Position numbers and translations under genes: made by a program
In this document: piece after piece, positions 1 to 12,853 of the stretch
Layout: each line of letters begins with the position of its first letter
How positions within the stretch are numbered: the stretch's first letter is position 1
Assembly (NCBI GenBank): GCA_965178125.1
Contig: OZ237755.1
Span: forward strand, 248,001 to 312,000
Direction: 5' to 3'
DNA: 64,000 nt
Source: Bilabrum cf. latius
Taxonomy: Eukaryota
The notes under the pieces: generated by a model
What the model was told of the DNA's origin: nothing
Databases searched by the model: none
Seen by the model: only the letters and a program-made list of their open reading frames with translations

Positions 1-1992
1 GCGCCGACGCTGGCTGCTGCGCGCGCTGCGCAGGCCGCGATGGTTGACCCGTTCGCGAGAAGGTCTGGGCCAGGGAACAAGGGTGGGTCGGGGTGGGGCC
101 TGCTTGGAGCGGGGAACAACGACCGGCAGGAGGAGAGTCTCTCGAGTGGCGCGGAGCTCCGGCAGCTCGCGACTCGGCTCGTCACAAGGCATCATGAGGG
201 CTCAGGGTACCAAGCGGTGGCGACCTCGAGCAGCACATTACCATCGGCGCCGGCACAAAGCCCGTTCCGCGCCCGTCCACAGAGCGGCCGCAGGGTCGGT
301 GCGAGCACGCAAGGCACAGGTAGCAAGAGCACAAACATGAGCATGCAACAGCGGGGGTCACCAGCTGGCCGGGCCGCAGGGCCGCGCTCCGTGGACACCG
401 GCGTGCCTCGTCCCCGATTGCAGCATCAGTACCGTGGATCCGTCAGCCACGGTGGAATGGGGGCCGCAGCTGGAGCACTGAACAGCGAGTCTCCCGGGGA
501 TGCATCGGCAGACATGTGGGGTGACCCCGGGGAGGCCGAGCTGGCAGAGCGGGTGTACGCGCGCGTGAAGGCGACCAAGGACGTGATCTGGGCTGCCAGC
601 GAGGCGGGCATGCAGCTGGATGGATCCACTGCGGCACAGAGCGCCCTGCTGGCAGCGGCCATCGAGGCGTCCTTGCGGACACCGCCGCACCACAGGGGGC
701 AAACGGGTGCGTCATCCGGAACGGGCGGCCGGGCGGGCGGGCCTGCTAGTCGTGGCGGAAGCAGCAGCAGGGCTGAGCGTGTACGGGGGAGGGCCAGCGG
801 GCCGTCCCCGTCTGGGGGTCGCCTGTAGAGGGGGGCTGTTGGGAGGGGGGCAGGGGCTGGGGGTGAAGTTCGTCGCGATCTGGGCGGACGGCATGACTAG
901 GGTGGTGCGTCGTCGCGGGAACGGGGAACCGGTGCAATCGATCGGTCAGGTGGGGGCGGGTTCATGGCCCGTTTGGCTGCTGGCCGGGCCCGTGGGCAGG
1001 CAAAGCTAGGGTCGAGGCCTGGGTCTGCCAAGAGCTAGAGCAAGGGACCAAGTGTCCCGGTTCATGTCCCTGGTTCGCGCAAAAGGGGCACGGGGAGGGA
1101 AAGGCGAGCAGGAGGAAACAGACCGATTTCGCTGGGGATCCAGGGAACAGGGGCCAGCGCAGCTCTGGCAGGTGGCTCACCTAGGGAACACGAGGCGGAT
1201 GAGAGCAGTCCCACTGCGGTGATGGCCCGGCGTGCGGGCGGTGGGGGCACTGGATCGGCGCTTAGACGAACTGGTTCAGGACGAGGATCTAGGCAGAGCC
1301 AGCAGCACCAGCAGGGGGACAGGAGCAGATAGCGGGTTGCAGCACCGGCTTGGCGGGACCGAGCACCTGCAGCTGGTGCCAGTCGGGACTCGCTGGGAAC
1401 TGGCTCTTCTTCACTTACCGGCGCTCGGGGGCCGCGACGCAGCCGACCCCCCAGCGGGGGCAGGACTCCAATTGGGGGCAGGTCGAGACCGCAGACTCCG
1501 CAAGGGGAGGACAGGGCGCTGCAGGCCGCGCTGCTGGCCAGCATCGGTGGTGGGGGTAGGAGCGGGGCTGTTGCACTCAGTCCTCCTACTCCTACTACTA
1601 GTGGCACCGCAACTGTTGCTGGCGTGGCGCGTGAGTACACCTCGTCTGCTGCAGCTGCACCCGGGGCAGATGCGGAAGATGCCATGCTGCAGGCCGCGCT
1701 GCGGGAATCGCTCGCTTCGGGTTAGGCAGGGAGCGACGGTGTGCCCGGGGGCGATGGGGGCGGCTAGAGGACTGCCGGTGGGGCTCAGCAGAATAGGGGC
1801 GCTAGAGAGGGAGGGAGGGGCCCTCCGGTGCGCACTGGCAGGGCTGGGGCGAGAACGGTTCCGTCGCAAAGAGGAGCAGGTGCACTGCATGTAGGCGCAG
1901 GCTCACGGTCGGGGCTGGGGCTGGGGCGAAGCGGCACGCTCGCAAGTCGCAGAGGACTTGGGAGAGGCTCCGGGAAAGAATCTAGCTCGTAA
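1..1992 (+). CDS. 3' part of a low-complexity protein with ubiquitin-interacting-motif (UIM)-like repeats; 5'-partial
   Basis: Frame open from base 1 to TAA 1990-1992 if TAG (826, 898, 1036, 1330, 1723, 1765) is read as Gln. UIM-like helices: SALLAAAIEASLR (~640-678), EDRALQAALLASIG (~1507-1548), EDAMLQAALRESLA (~1675-1716). Confidence 0.7.
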
Positions 1993-2146
1993 GGTTGTAT
2001 TTGCGTTGATTCGCTCTCCGGGATACCGGCTGCTTTGCTCTTCGTGCGCCAGATCTTCACTGTGCAGTGTTTGCGACCACGGCATTGCAGTGCAGCCAAC
2101 GGACACGATGCGACTCATTCTCAGGCGGCCTGAGCGGCCAACTGAC

Positions 2147-5100
2147 ATGCAATCTCTTCTGTCTAGCGCCGTACAGTCTGAACTGTAGAAGCGTGAACAT
2201 GAAAGGGAGCGTGATAGGATAGCGTAGCCAATTTTCCCGGGCCAGCAGCGCCTGTTTCACCGCGGCAACGACGGGGGCAAAGAGAAGACCGCCGACCCCG
2301 CAGAGTCGGTCGGAGCGGAAGCAAGCTCCTTGCTAAATGCCGCTAGATAGTCGTTTGTTGATCTTGTGAGTCCAGCGATACCAAATGCCGGGCGCGTTTC
2401 AGGCGATCCCCACATAGCCCAAATGCAGTCACCCGTACGACTTGCCTGGCCCCACCCCTTCTACATTTTGCTCGCAGATCGTGCATTTGGGAAAACCGGA
2501 GCTCGCTGAAGTGGAAGAGGCTGCTGCTGGTTCTTAGGCCGAAAAGGACGCCGCTGCAGTCGATAGGCGAATCGCGGCTTCCATGGGCTTAAGCACAGCA
2601 TCTGTGACCACAAACCTGGAATCGAAAGAGGCTGTCGCATCCAGCGACAGCAAAGCAGATCATACCGAGGGTAGTGGGTCTACCTTTCTGACGCAGCCCA
2701 GCGGCTCCGAAGCTCCGAAACCTCCGCTGCGGGGCCGTGCTACCGGCGGCGGCACCACGCCTCGCCGGCGCCATATGCACGCGGGCCTGTCAAAACTCCG
2801 GCCCGTCGGCAGCGACGAGGCCAGAGGCCGCCTGTAGCGCGCCGCCAAGTCCGCCGCCAAGGATCACGCAGTTGCAAATCGAACCCCTTGGCCGGAAGGG
2901 CAGCTCCAGCGCCTGGAGGAGTGGTTCGACGGCACGCTCAGTGGGATGGTGCGCCTTCGAGAAGCCATGTTCCACCGGGCCATGACGAGTACTATGCAGG
3001 AGGAGCACAAGCGGGTCACGGAGCAGTACGCGAAGAGGCTGGAGGACGCGCAGCGCAGGCGGGAGGCCTCCGAGAAGTTGGCCGACGCACTGCAGGCACG
3101 GCTGAGCAGGCGGTCGAGGGTGTGGGCGAGCGAGAGAAGCGATCACTACAGGCGGCTGCTGGCCATGCACGAAATACTCCGGCGGTCCGGGATCAAGTAC
3201 GACGAGGAAGCCGTGCAGAGGATCATGGATGGAGCCGCGGCTGCCGCTGCTGCCGCTGCCGAGGCTGAGAATGACGATGACGATGAGGGCTTGCTGAGCA
3301 CGCTGTCATCTGCGGGGGGAGATCGACACGCTGAAGGAGGCAGCGGGGGCGAAGACGGCAGGAGCAGCGGCCGGGACTCTGGGCAGGACGGTGCCTCTCG
3401 TCTGCAGGCCCTGGCCATGCGCCCCGCCGTCTCGCAGGAGGAGGCGGCGAGGAGACAGGCAGCGGGCCGGGAGATCGTGCGTCTCAAGCAGCTGCTGGCT
3501 GACACAAAGGAGAGGTGCTCGAGGCTGCAGGACGACGAGCGACAGCAGCAGCAGCGCGCCTCGGACGCTAGCGAGCGCGCCGAGGCCGCTAAGGTCCGTC
3601 TCAAGCAGCAGGACGTGGAGATTGACCAGCTCAGGACCAGGCTCAGGGAGGCGCAGGGGGCTCTCAAGGAGGCGCAGACTGCGCTGGAGATTCACGCGAT
3701 CAACGAAGAGTCCGAGGAGATGGACAGAAGGGAGAGAGAGAGCAAGATGAGGTCAAGGAGAGGCAGCGCAGCGACAGCGGCGGTTCGTGCGGCTGCTGCA
3801 GCGGCCAAGGCGGACGGCGGCAGCGGCGGCGGGGGCATGCCGCACCTGGACATCGGGGACGCCCGGTCTCCCAAGAGACCGCACCCGCCTCCAACTCCCG
3901 CGGCGGCTCGCGGGGCCCGATTAGCGCAGGGCGGTGCTGGGGGCACTGGCGGCATGGGCTCTGAGGCGATGCAGGCGGCCGGCATGAGCGCATGGATGTT
4001 CGGTGGCGTGGCCTGGGGCCGCATGCAGCGGGCGCAGGTGCAGGCCATGGTGCGTGACGGCTCCATCCAGTGGTAGTCGGCCGCGGAGGCGATCGCCACG
4101 CTGCTGGAAGAGGCCCCTCTGCGTCGGGCTGTCGCCGAGCAGATGCGCATGGACAGCGGGGCACTCCGGGCCAGCTCAGAGAGGAGCTCTGCCTCCGTGG
4201 AAGCGATGGCCGCGGGGAGGTATGGCATCAAGCAGCCCCAGGGCACGCCCAGGATGTCCGAGGCGGCCTCGAGTGCAGTGGCCAAGGGTAAGGGCCTCAA
4301 AGCGACGGGGAGCTTCCTGCTGCAAGGCGAGGAAGACGGGGCCGAGTCTGAGTACCAGGAGCTGCTGCATGCCTCTGAGGTGCTGCGAGGGCGGGTGCAC
4401 GCGCTGGAAAACGACCTGAGCGAGGCCCATGAAGTGCTGGCCAGAGAGAGGGAGGAGAGGCTGCAGGAGAAGAGACGGAGGGAGGCGCAGCTCGTCACCG
4501 AGGGCACGCAAACCACCACGGGAGACTTCGCGCAGGCTGGTATTCCCAAGGACAGCAGTAGGGACGCCCAGTATGAGGGGCCCGAGAGCTTGCAGGCGCA
4601 GCAGCGGGCAATGAAGAAGCGCAAGGCAAGAAAGGCCAAGGCGGCCAAAGACAGGAAGCGAAGGAGCTCGATGCTTGCGGCGCAGTCGTCGGGCGGCGTC
4701 GACTCGCAGGCAGCCGGTGGCATAGGGGACGGGTTGGACGGCGTGCACGACGGCGACTCGGCCGACGGCCGAGGCTCAGCTGCGGGTGGCAAGGCCGGAG
4801 CGACCTCGAAGGACGCGTCGGGCGGGACAACGACAGGGAACAAGAAGAGCGACGGGGACGACAACGACGACGATGCCGCGAGCCTCGCCTCGGAGGCTTC
4901 CCATGCCCTGTTGCACGACTTTCAGCAAGACGCCGAGACGCAAACCCCCGCGGGTTGGAGGGACGATCGAGACCCGCGCAAGACGAGGTCCCTCTTCGAC
5001 CTGGTCAAAGAGGCGCGCCGCAAGTCCAAGCTGCCAGGGGCTCATGGACTGGCCTCGTCCACCTCTCCGGGTGCGGGAGGGGCCGTCTCGCCCCCGGGCG

Positions 5101-8100
5101 GCAAGGGCAGCGGTTCCAAGCGGCGGGGCACTCGCCGGGGCACCTCGGTGGGTAAAGGCGCGGCAGCCATGACTGCAGACGCGATGGCATAGGCAGAGGA
5201 CGATCGGCGCATGCGGGCGGTGATGGAGGCGGAGGTAGGCCGGCTGCTGGCACTCAACAAAGAGCTAAGGGCGCGGACCGTGAAGCTTGCCAAAGCTGTG
5301 CAGCGGCTGGCGCTGCGCCAAGACGAGGGAGAGGAGGAGGGCATGGCGGGCGTGCTCAGTGGCTAGGACAGGCAGGCCGTGGACTTGGCGGGGCAGGTGG
5401 TGGAGGCCAGCGAAGCCAATGATGGCGGGGTGGGAGATGGGGATGGAGAGGGTGAAGGCAAGGAAGGTGAAGGCGGGCCTACTGGGGGCATGAGCGGGGC
5501 GGCGGCAGAGGTGCTGCTGGACGACATCCAGCGGCTACGGAGACGGGTAAACCAGCTCGCCACTACGCTCAAGCACGCGGGGCTGGCAGTTCCCCTGCCA
5601 GTGCGCCGGGGTTCATCCAAGAAGGAGGACGCGTAGGGGGATGGCAGCGACATTGAAGACTCGCAAGGGGCCAGCAAGCAGGCAGACAAGGGTGTATCGC
5701 GGCTGTCAGAGGACTCTCCCCAGGTAAGGATGCTGCGTGGGACAGTCAACCGGTTGCTTCTCCCTGCCCTGGGCCAGCTCCAGTCCATGCGGCACTCGGC
5801 CGACGGCAGTGGCGAAGACAGGGTCTCCACGCGGCCCGGCGGCTGGTTCGGCAGCACGGTGCAGAGAATCGAGGGGGCCCTCGGAAAGGCGCCCAAGCAA
5901 AGCCGGTTGGCCGGGCTGGGCAGCGAAGGGAAGGATTTCGCGATGTCTGCTTCGGCCGCTCTGACGGAGCTTGGGGAGGCACTGGCGGCCTGCGAGAGGG
6001 CGAGTGATGGTGCGAGACAGGCGCGGTGGAAGTGCCTGGTGCTGGCGCGGCTCGCTCTCTCGCAGGATGGTGAGTCTGGCGATGCGATGGACAGCGAGGA
6101 CGCTGAGACGGATGCTCAGCCGCACGCCCCGCCTCCCGCGGCAGCCATGCAAGTGCTCGAGCAGCTCGCCGCTGGGCTCACCAAGGGCAGGCAGAGAAAT
6201 GGCAGCGGTGCGGGCGATTCGGGGGCTGCCGGTGGTCTAATGACGATGAGCAAGCTGCCCGTGTTCGCGGTCGTTGCGGCTTCCATGCGCCGCAGCTTAG
6301 AAGCCAGCTCGGGTGCGGGCGTATCGGGCGGGAGACTGCGGGCGGCACTCGCCCACATGACCCGCATGGTGACCTCACGGGGCCGCAGCCTGGTCTAGAG
6401 GGCGGAAGCTCGTCTCCGCACCGCCGTGGTATCCATCCTTGCCGAGCCCAGCCTGTTCTCAGGGAGGTCCAGTGTGGGGAGGGGCGGGCGCCGCCGCAGC
6501 ACCGAGCTGGCCGGCGTGCCCTCAACGGATAGCCTGCGCGGAAGCGGCTCGGGTGGTCGAGGCGGGGGAACAGCGCGGAGACCCCTTCCCACCACAGCGG
6601 TACACCAATCCCAGCGCCGTCGCAGCACGGAACGACAGGGAGGTACAGTGCCCGGGCTGCCCATAGGGCAGGAGCAAGGGCAGGGTCGACAGGGCCGCAC
6701 CGCGCAGGCAATTGCCACCGCGCGCAGGGGCCCGCACCGGCTGGATGCCGAGTTCCTCGGGCAGCCGGGGGCCTCGGGTACTGCGGGCGGCGGGTGGCAG
6801 GGATCTCCAGGGGTGCAGCCGCCCGTCAGGCATGTACCATCGACCGAACGCAGCGTGTATCGGTCGGATCCTGCGGAGGCCGTGCGCAGGCAGCAGCGCA
6901 GGCAGAGCCTGGACGCAGACGGGAGGCCGAAAGAGCGGCCGACAGCAGTAACATTAGGGGCAGGCGGCGGGGGTTTTGGTGGTGCCGGTGGCAACGACTA
7001 TGGCTACAGCCCTCAGCAGCAGTACTCAGGATCTGGCAGCGCAGGCCGAAGGCACTCGCAAGATGGTAGCTACATCGACGCGTCTGGCCGCCGGCGATCC
7101 GACGCGCTAGGCACTTAGGGCGCACCCAGCGTTCCCGAGATGATGGACAGAGCGAGGCGCGAAGGGCGGAGGCAGAGCATGGGCGGGGGTTTCTCGGCTG
7201 CGGCCGCGAGGCAGAGGAGGCCAGGCTCCGAGAGGCCACGTGGAGGCGTCCCCGGCCGGTCGATGATCGCTGGGATTCCCGCAGGAAGCAGTCCCATGCG
7301 GCACCCTGCCCCCGTTGTGCGTGATGTGGCCACTGTGCAGCCTGGACAGCAGGGCCAGTACGCGGGAGCTCATCACTAGGGCACTCACGGTGAGTACCTT
7401 CCTTCCTAGTACGGCGAGGGCGGCCCACCGCCGGCAGGTGACAAGTACTATCAGCAACAGCATGGCCGTGAGCAGCAGTCCCACCAGCAGCACCAGCAGC
7501 AGCACTCGCGCAGCTCGCAGCACTCCCGCGGCAGCTCGCGATCTGGCAGTCGGGAGCGCTATCACGGGCATGGGCATGTGGCGCATGCGGGGCACGCAGC
7601 CGCCCCCTCTCGCTTGGCCCCTGCCCAAGGATCCAGCGGAGCGCACCACCTGGACGTGGGCCCCGGTGTGGCGGGCGGATCAGCCGTGCTCCCAGGCTCA
7701 GAGAACATCATCTATCAGGCTGCAGACGAGATCGACCTCCAGCGGAAGCAGCTGGCCGATGCAAACGCAAGGCGAGAGAGGGCACTCAGGCAGAGGCAGG
7801 AGGCGAGGAGGGCAAAGCTCAGGAGGACGCAGAGGAGGGTGTATGAGGCAAAGGGGACAGAGGCGCAGGCCAGGCTGCGAGGACGGACCCCGCCGGAGGA
7901 CCAGCGGCAGCACCCGCAGCAGTACGTCGTTGGTGCATCCGAAGCAACGCAGAAGAGACAAGAGTACCGGTCTCCCGGGAGGACGGGCCCAGGGTCAGCC
8001 CAGCACACGCAGAGCTTCTACTAGAGCAGGGACATGGGAGGGCCGCATGCCCCCGCTCGTATGGATCCTAGCCTCAGCTTCCGGTTGGACCCGCGGGAGG

Positions 8101-9218
8101 GGTACCAGGGCCACTCGCAGCTGGAGGCATCCACAGGCGTGGTCTACGACTCTGGACCTCAGGCTGGTAGGGTGCAGCAGCAGCAGCAGCAGCAGCGCAG
8201 GAGCCGCCAGGTGCTGGAGAGGGGCCGCGCCCCCCTTCGGAGCTCGGGTCACCTGCAGCACGCCGGTTCGCAGGCCTTCGTTTCTGGCCAGTCTTCCATG
8301 ACTCATCATTAGCAGCAGCACCAATAGGCTGGCGGCAACTCTCCCATGCATCGCGCCTCCACCTCGGTGCCCCGCGCTGGGATCAGCTCAGCGAGAGGGG
8401 AGCGCGGGCCTGGCGTGCTTCAGGCCGTGCGGGACGCAGACCAGAGGCACGAGCTGCAGGGGACCGTGCCTGGCTCAGGGGAACTGGCCGCGCCATCCTT
8501 CGTGGAGGCGTTTTCCTCTCTGGGCCATGACGTGGCGGGGGCACCCAGCAGGAGGGGCAGGGACGCAATCCCGTCCTCACCGCAGGCCGCTGCCGCGACG
8601 AGATCGAGGGCACGGGCACAGACACATGCACGCACTCGTCACACGGGTAAGGGCGCACTACGGGCCCCCGCAGGCGGCGGGGTGGACGACAGGTTCACCC
8701 CGATGGGGCTGAGCGGCGGCGGTCTCAGGACGGGCCCCGCAGGCGTGGGCCCGCTCCGGTCCCCCCGTCAGTCGGGGTCAGGTGCGGGCCGTGGAGGCAA
8801 GAGCAGCAGCTTGACGGCCAAGGATGCGCTGGGGGTGGGCACGGGCATTCAGAGCGGTGCCACTCCGCAGGGCGGTCGTGGTCGGCGGCTGCGGAGGGGG
8901 TCTCAGGAGACGGCGATGGAGTTCAGGCTCCGGCAGAGCCTAGAGAGGACGGAAGCCGAGGTGGTGCGCGACGGACGCAGGCGCATGTCTGGGCAGGCCA
9001 TGATCTCGGCCCAGTCGGCAGTGCAGGGGCAGGGACAGGGGACGGGCCGATCGGTGCATCGCGCGGGGGTGGCGGCAGTGAGCCGCACGAGCCCACAGGG
9101 GTCTATCTCCAGCCATGGCGGGGAGGTGGCTGGCTGGGGTCAGGAGGGTGCCCAGGGAGGCGGCATGGTGAACGGTGGTCGGTTGGATGGGGCATCGCAC
9201 GCCTCTGTGCCCCGATGA
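2147..9218 (+). CDS. Very large (~2,300 aa) coiled-coil / low-complexity protein of unknown function; join(2147..2365,2478..9218)
   Basis: ORF-track pieces starting at 2583, 2946, 4143, 5379, 5730, 6426, 7140, 7578, 8034 and 8346 share one frame and are separated only by TAG. Ends TGA 9216-9218. GTGAGT...CGCAG phase-0 intron at 2366-2477. 16 in-frame TAG. Start could also be ATG 2108. Confidence 0.75.
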
Positions 9219-9303
9219 ATGTGATTCCGAGTCCAACCAATGGCAAACCTAGGTTCAGCTGTGTTGCTTGCTCTTCATTGTTGTGCCTCATCCTACATCC
9301 GGA

Positions 9304-11892
9304 TCAGTCGTACGCCACAAAGGGCGCGTCGTCCGACGCGTAGCTCACGACCGGTGTCTGGTACGGCAGGGGCACTGGCACCACCAGGCACCCGTCGGCA
9401 GCCACGCCCGCCTTGACGACTGCCTGACACCCCGGATGGAAGGCAGGCAACATCCTCACGTACCTCGTGGCATCTCGCAACGTGGCAGCGTCTGCCACCC
9501 TATCGAGAGCCATCGACATGGAGGGGCTAGCGTCCTGGTCCAAGTCAACTTCAACGAACCCGGGTGGGATGGCTCTGCCCGCGCTGGTGCTGGTGCTGGT
9601 GCTAGACCCTCCGGGTGACGAGGACGATGACGAGGACGAGGACGATAAGGAGGACGATGAGGAGGAAGACGAACTCGAGGGTGCTGACGCATGCCCGCTT
9701 GCTGCTGATGAGTCAGCTTCTGCTGCTGCCCCTGCCCCTGCCTCTGCCCTTGGTGCTGGTGGGCCGTGCCTCTCGATGAGCAGTTTACCCCCTGGCTGCG
9801 GCAGCTGGCACGCGAGTGGTCTCAGCTGGCCCCGCTCCACCGACCCGACCGCTGCCCTTCTCCTCCTCACAAACACCCGAATCGCGTTAGCCATGGACGC
9901 AGGGGTCACCAGTACACTGGCCTCGAAGGACCTCGGCTTGGCGGTGGCAGTACCCCAAGCAGACCTGCTGATGTTGTGCGAGCCCATCGAGCAGTACCGG
10001 ACCTCGAGCAGCGGCGCTTCATCCTCCTCCTCCTCCTGCTTCTGCTTCGAACTACCTGAGGTGGAGCGAGAGCCCGGCAGAGAGGCAGCACTGGATGCGG
10101 CGAGTGCTGCACCCGCGCCCTCCGTGCCGATCTCACGGCCGGCCTCGTCCACTTTGACCACCTCTACGGGAGGCCCAGAGTTGGCGGCAGGCGTGCAGGC
10201 TGCTACGGACACCTGTCGGAAGCTGGCCATGGTCTTGATGTGCCCGGGCAGCCGTCCCAGTCCTGGGGTCGCAGCCCCCCAGCGATGCAGCAGGGGCCGC
10301 ATCTCCTGCACCTACCTCCGTCCTGAGGGCAGGGAGCTCCCGGTCACTTCATAGCCAGCATAGGACGCCGCCATCGTGGATCGGGTGGGCCAGACGATCG
10401 ACAGCGGCATGCCCGACGCTGCGTCCGAGCCATGGCCCCTCTTGGCACCGCCCGCTGACCTGCCCGCCCCCATGAACTTGCCCGCACTGGAGCTTTCCGA
10501 GCCGCTTGCAGATGATTTGTGATGGTCGCCCGCCGGTCCACCCTTCGACCCAATCCCAAACCCATCACCTTTGCGTCTCTCCCCATCCAGGATGCGCCTC
10601 GTTCTTTCGGCATGACCCCGAGGTGCCCCCAGCATGGCCAGCACGCTCTCAGGGGGATGTCCTTTGTTGCCCATGGAGGCGAATGAACTAAACTGCGCCA
10701 CGTACGTCACCGTGGCAGCGACCTCGAGCTCGGAAGGATCCCTACCCGACGGTGCTGGCGTCCCGGCGCTGCTCTTTGGCCTTGTCTCCGACCTTTCTGC
10801 GTTCCCTCGCGCCCGTTTCTACCCTATATGAAGGGCACCCCAAGGGGGGTGAGCGGCAGCAGGAGCAGCAGCAGGCAGCTTCTCAATGGCCGACCCGAGC
10901 GGTGAAGCAAATGGGCCGGGCCGTGGGTGAGCGACGCCCGCACTACCGCCGCTCAGATCCAGTTCGTCTGCTTGCAGGCAGGCGAGCAGCCGGCGGGCGC
11001 CCCACCTGCTCTGGGCGTGGCCGCTCGCCCTCACGTTGTCCACGGACCCCACGAAATGGGCGCTTGCCCCTGAGAAATCAACCCGGTCCAAAAGCGGCAG
11101 CACCCATTCCCCTGCTTTGACGGCCGTGGATGCCCTCCATCCTGCGTCTTGAGCCATGCGGTCTGCGTGCTGCCTGCGCTCCTGCTCGGTCCACCATGGC
11201 TAGGGAGCCCCGCAGGTGGCCCGCAGGTAGTCCCTGAGAGGGCCGCCGAAGATCTTCTCTCCGTAGGAGGTACGGGTCCTGGCGTCTGATTGGGCCCCCG
11301 ATTGAGATGCTGCTCTGCCGCGGGATGCGTGGGACGTGCCCATGCGTGCTCGTTTCTTTGGCGATTCAGTCTAGGCCTCTGCGCCTGCCGGCTCAGGAAA
11401 TATTGGAAAGTCTTGCCAAAACACTCCCTAGCACAAACACGTCAGGTCGCGGACTAGAAGATTTGCAGTTAGCACGATGATGCGAACCGTTCTGTCGTAC
11501 TTCAAGACAAAAAGCTTCGTGTGATGCTTCGCGTACGGTGATGTCAGCCGGATTCCCTCGCAGCTCCATTGGAACGACGCGCCGGGTGCCACACGCTCAA
11601 GAACGTGTGACATCTCTCGCGCGTACTCAGGAGGTAGCACCATGCTGACTTGTTCTAGAGAAGTTGAATGCTGGAAGACAGGGACCATTGCAATCTCAGG
11701 GTCAACCATAAAATTCACGACAAGCAGCGACCTGAGCGACTCGTTGGGTGGACTAGAGCAAAGCAGGTCTGATAATGACGCACTCATGCGTCCCTGTGCC
11801 GCGGGATCCCGGGGCTTATCTTTCAAAATCGCTGGATTCAACATCAGTTTGAAAGCGGAGGGCGCCTCTCGCACTCCTGTTGAATGGTCCAT
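9304..11892 (-). CDS. TDP1: Tyrosyl-DNA phosphodiesterase 1 (PLD superfamily)
   Basis: Motifs in correct order: NFMVD, HHTK, TANL..D....(TAG)GVFWQDFP, DFS, WG..RL, QFSS, IVWPT, HIKT, GSHNISRSAWG, SFEASVL, PLPY. One frame with TAG at 11428, 11371, 11200, 10819, 10312; ends TGA 9304. True start uncertain (possible acceptor near 11898). Confidence 0.92.
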
Positions 11893-12853
11893 CCTATCTG
11901 CAGGCTTGATGCAAAGACACAGATTATTATTTCCTGTTTTTTATCAATTAATGATTTAATTCTGCCTACATCCGCAGTGTGGAGCTGAGAGCGGCACCTG
12001 CTCTTCCTGGTCTGCGATATTTCCGGTTTAAATATTGCGTGCATTTCTCAAGTGCTGTCTCGAAACTCCGAATCCGGATTAAATTAATAATTAAATTGCA
12101 CATTTTAATCCAATTTCGTGCTCGGTTCGAATTAAATTTTCTGGATTAACTTCAACCAGCATACCACGCGGCAAGAAGGCCTTTTTGCTAGTGCTTTTGC
12201 TTGCGTTAATTAATTTGAACAATCAACTTTACGTTGACATAGTCGTAGAGTTCGATCAATTTGCACAAAGAAGCAGGTGCCCAAGCAGACACGTGAGGGA
12301 GGTTCGAACGGAATCCTGGAAGGGCGTAGCAGCTCAATGGTGCCCGTGAGAATGGTACCACACAGCCTCCTGGTGTTTTGGAACACATGAGATTATCTAT
12401 CACGACGGGATTTACGCCAGACTAGTCCAAAGCCCTAACCCAATTTCTCTTGATTAAATGTGGCACGTGTCGAGTCGAAGCGTCCAGGCACTATCAAAAC
12501 ATCATCAAACTTTACCCAGACTACTCTTCAAACTAAATGTAAGCATCAAAGATAATACTCATGGCCTTGAAACTACCTTAGCAGCTCATGTAACCATGTC
12601 AGGCTCAGTTCAAGTTAATCCGTCGGAAATTTGTCTCGAATCGAATCCCCACTCAACTAATCCCAGAACTAATCCCGATTTTCGGTTTCGAGACACGGCT
12701 TCAAACGGCGAGAATCTGGTTTATGGAATGTGCTGACACTCTTGGAAGTTTCCCTGCTACGACAGCCTATTTCAAGAAACGCAGTTCAAGCCAAAGGCTT
12801 GAAGTCGTTCCAAATCATAGATAGAATCAAGCAAAGACCGGATAAGTCTTGCG

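Noticed and set aside
12100-12400. Possible suppressor tRNA near the GGTTCGAA words
   Set aside because: Could not fold a cloverleaf or find a properly spaced A-box or CTA anticodon arm on either strand.
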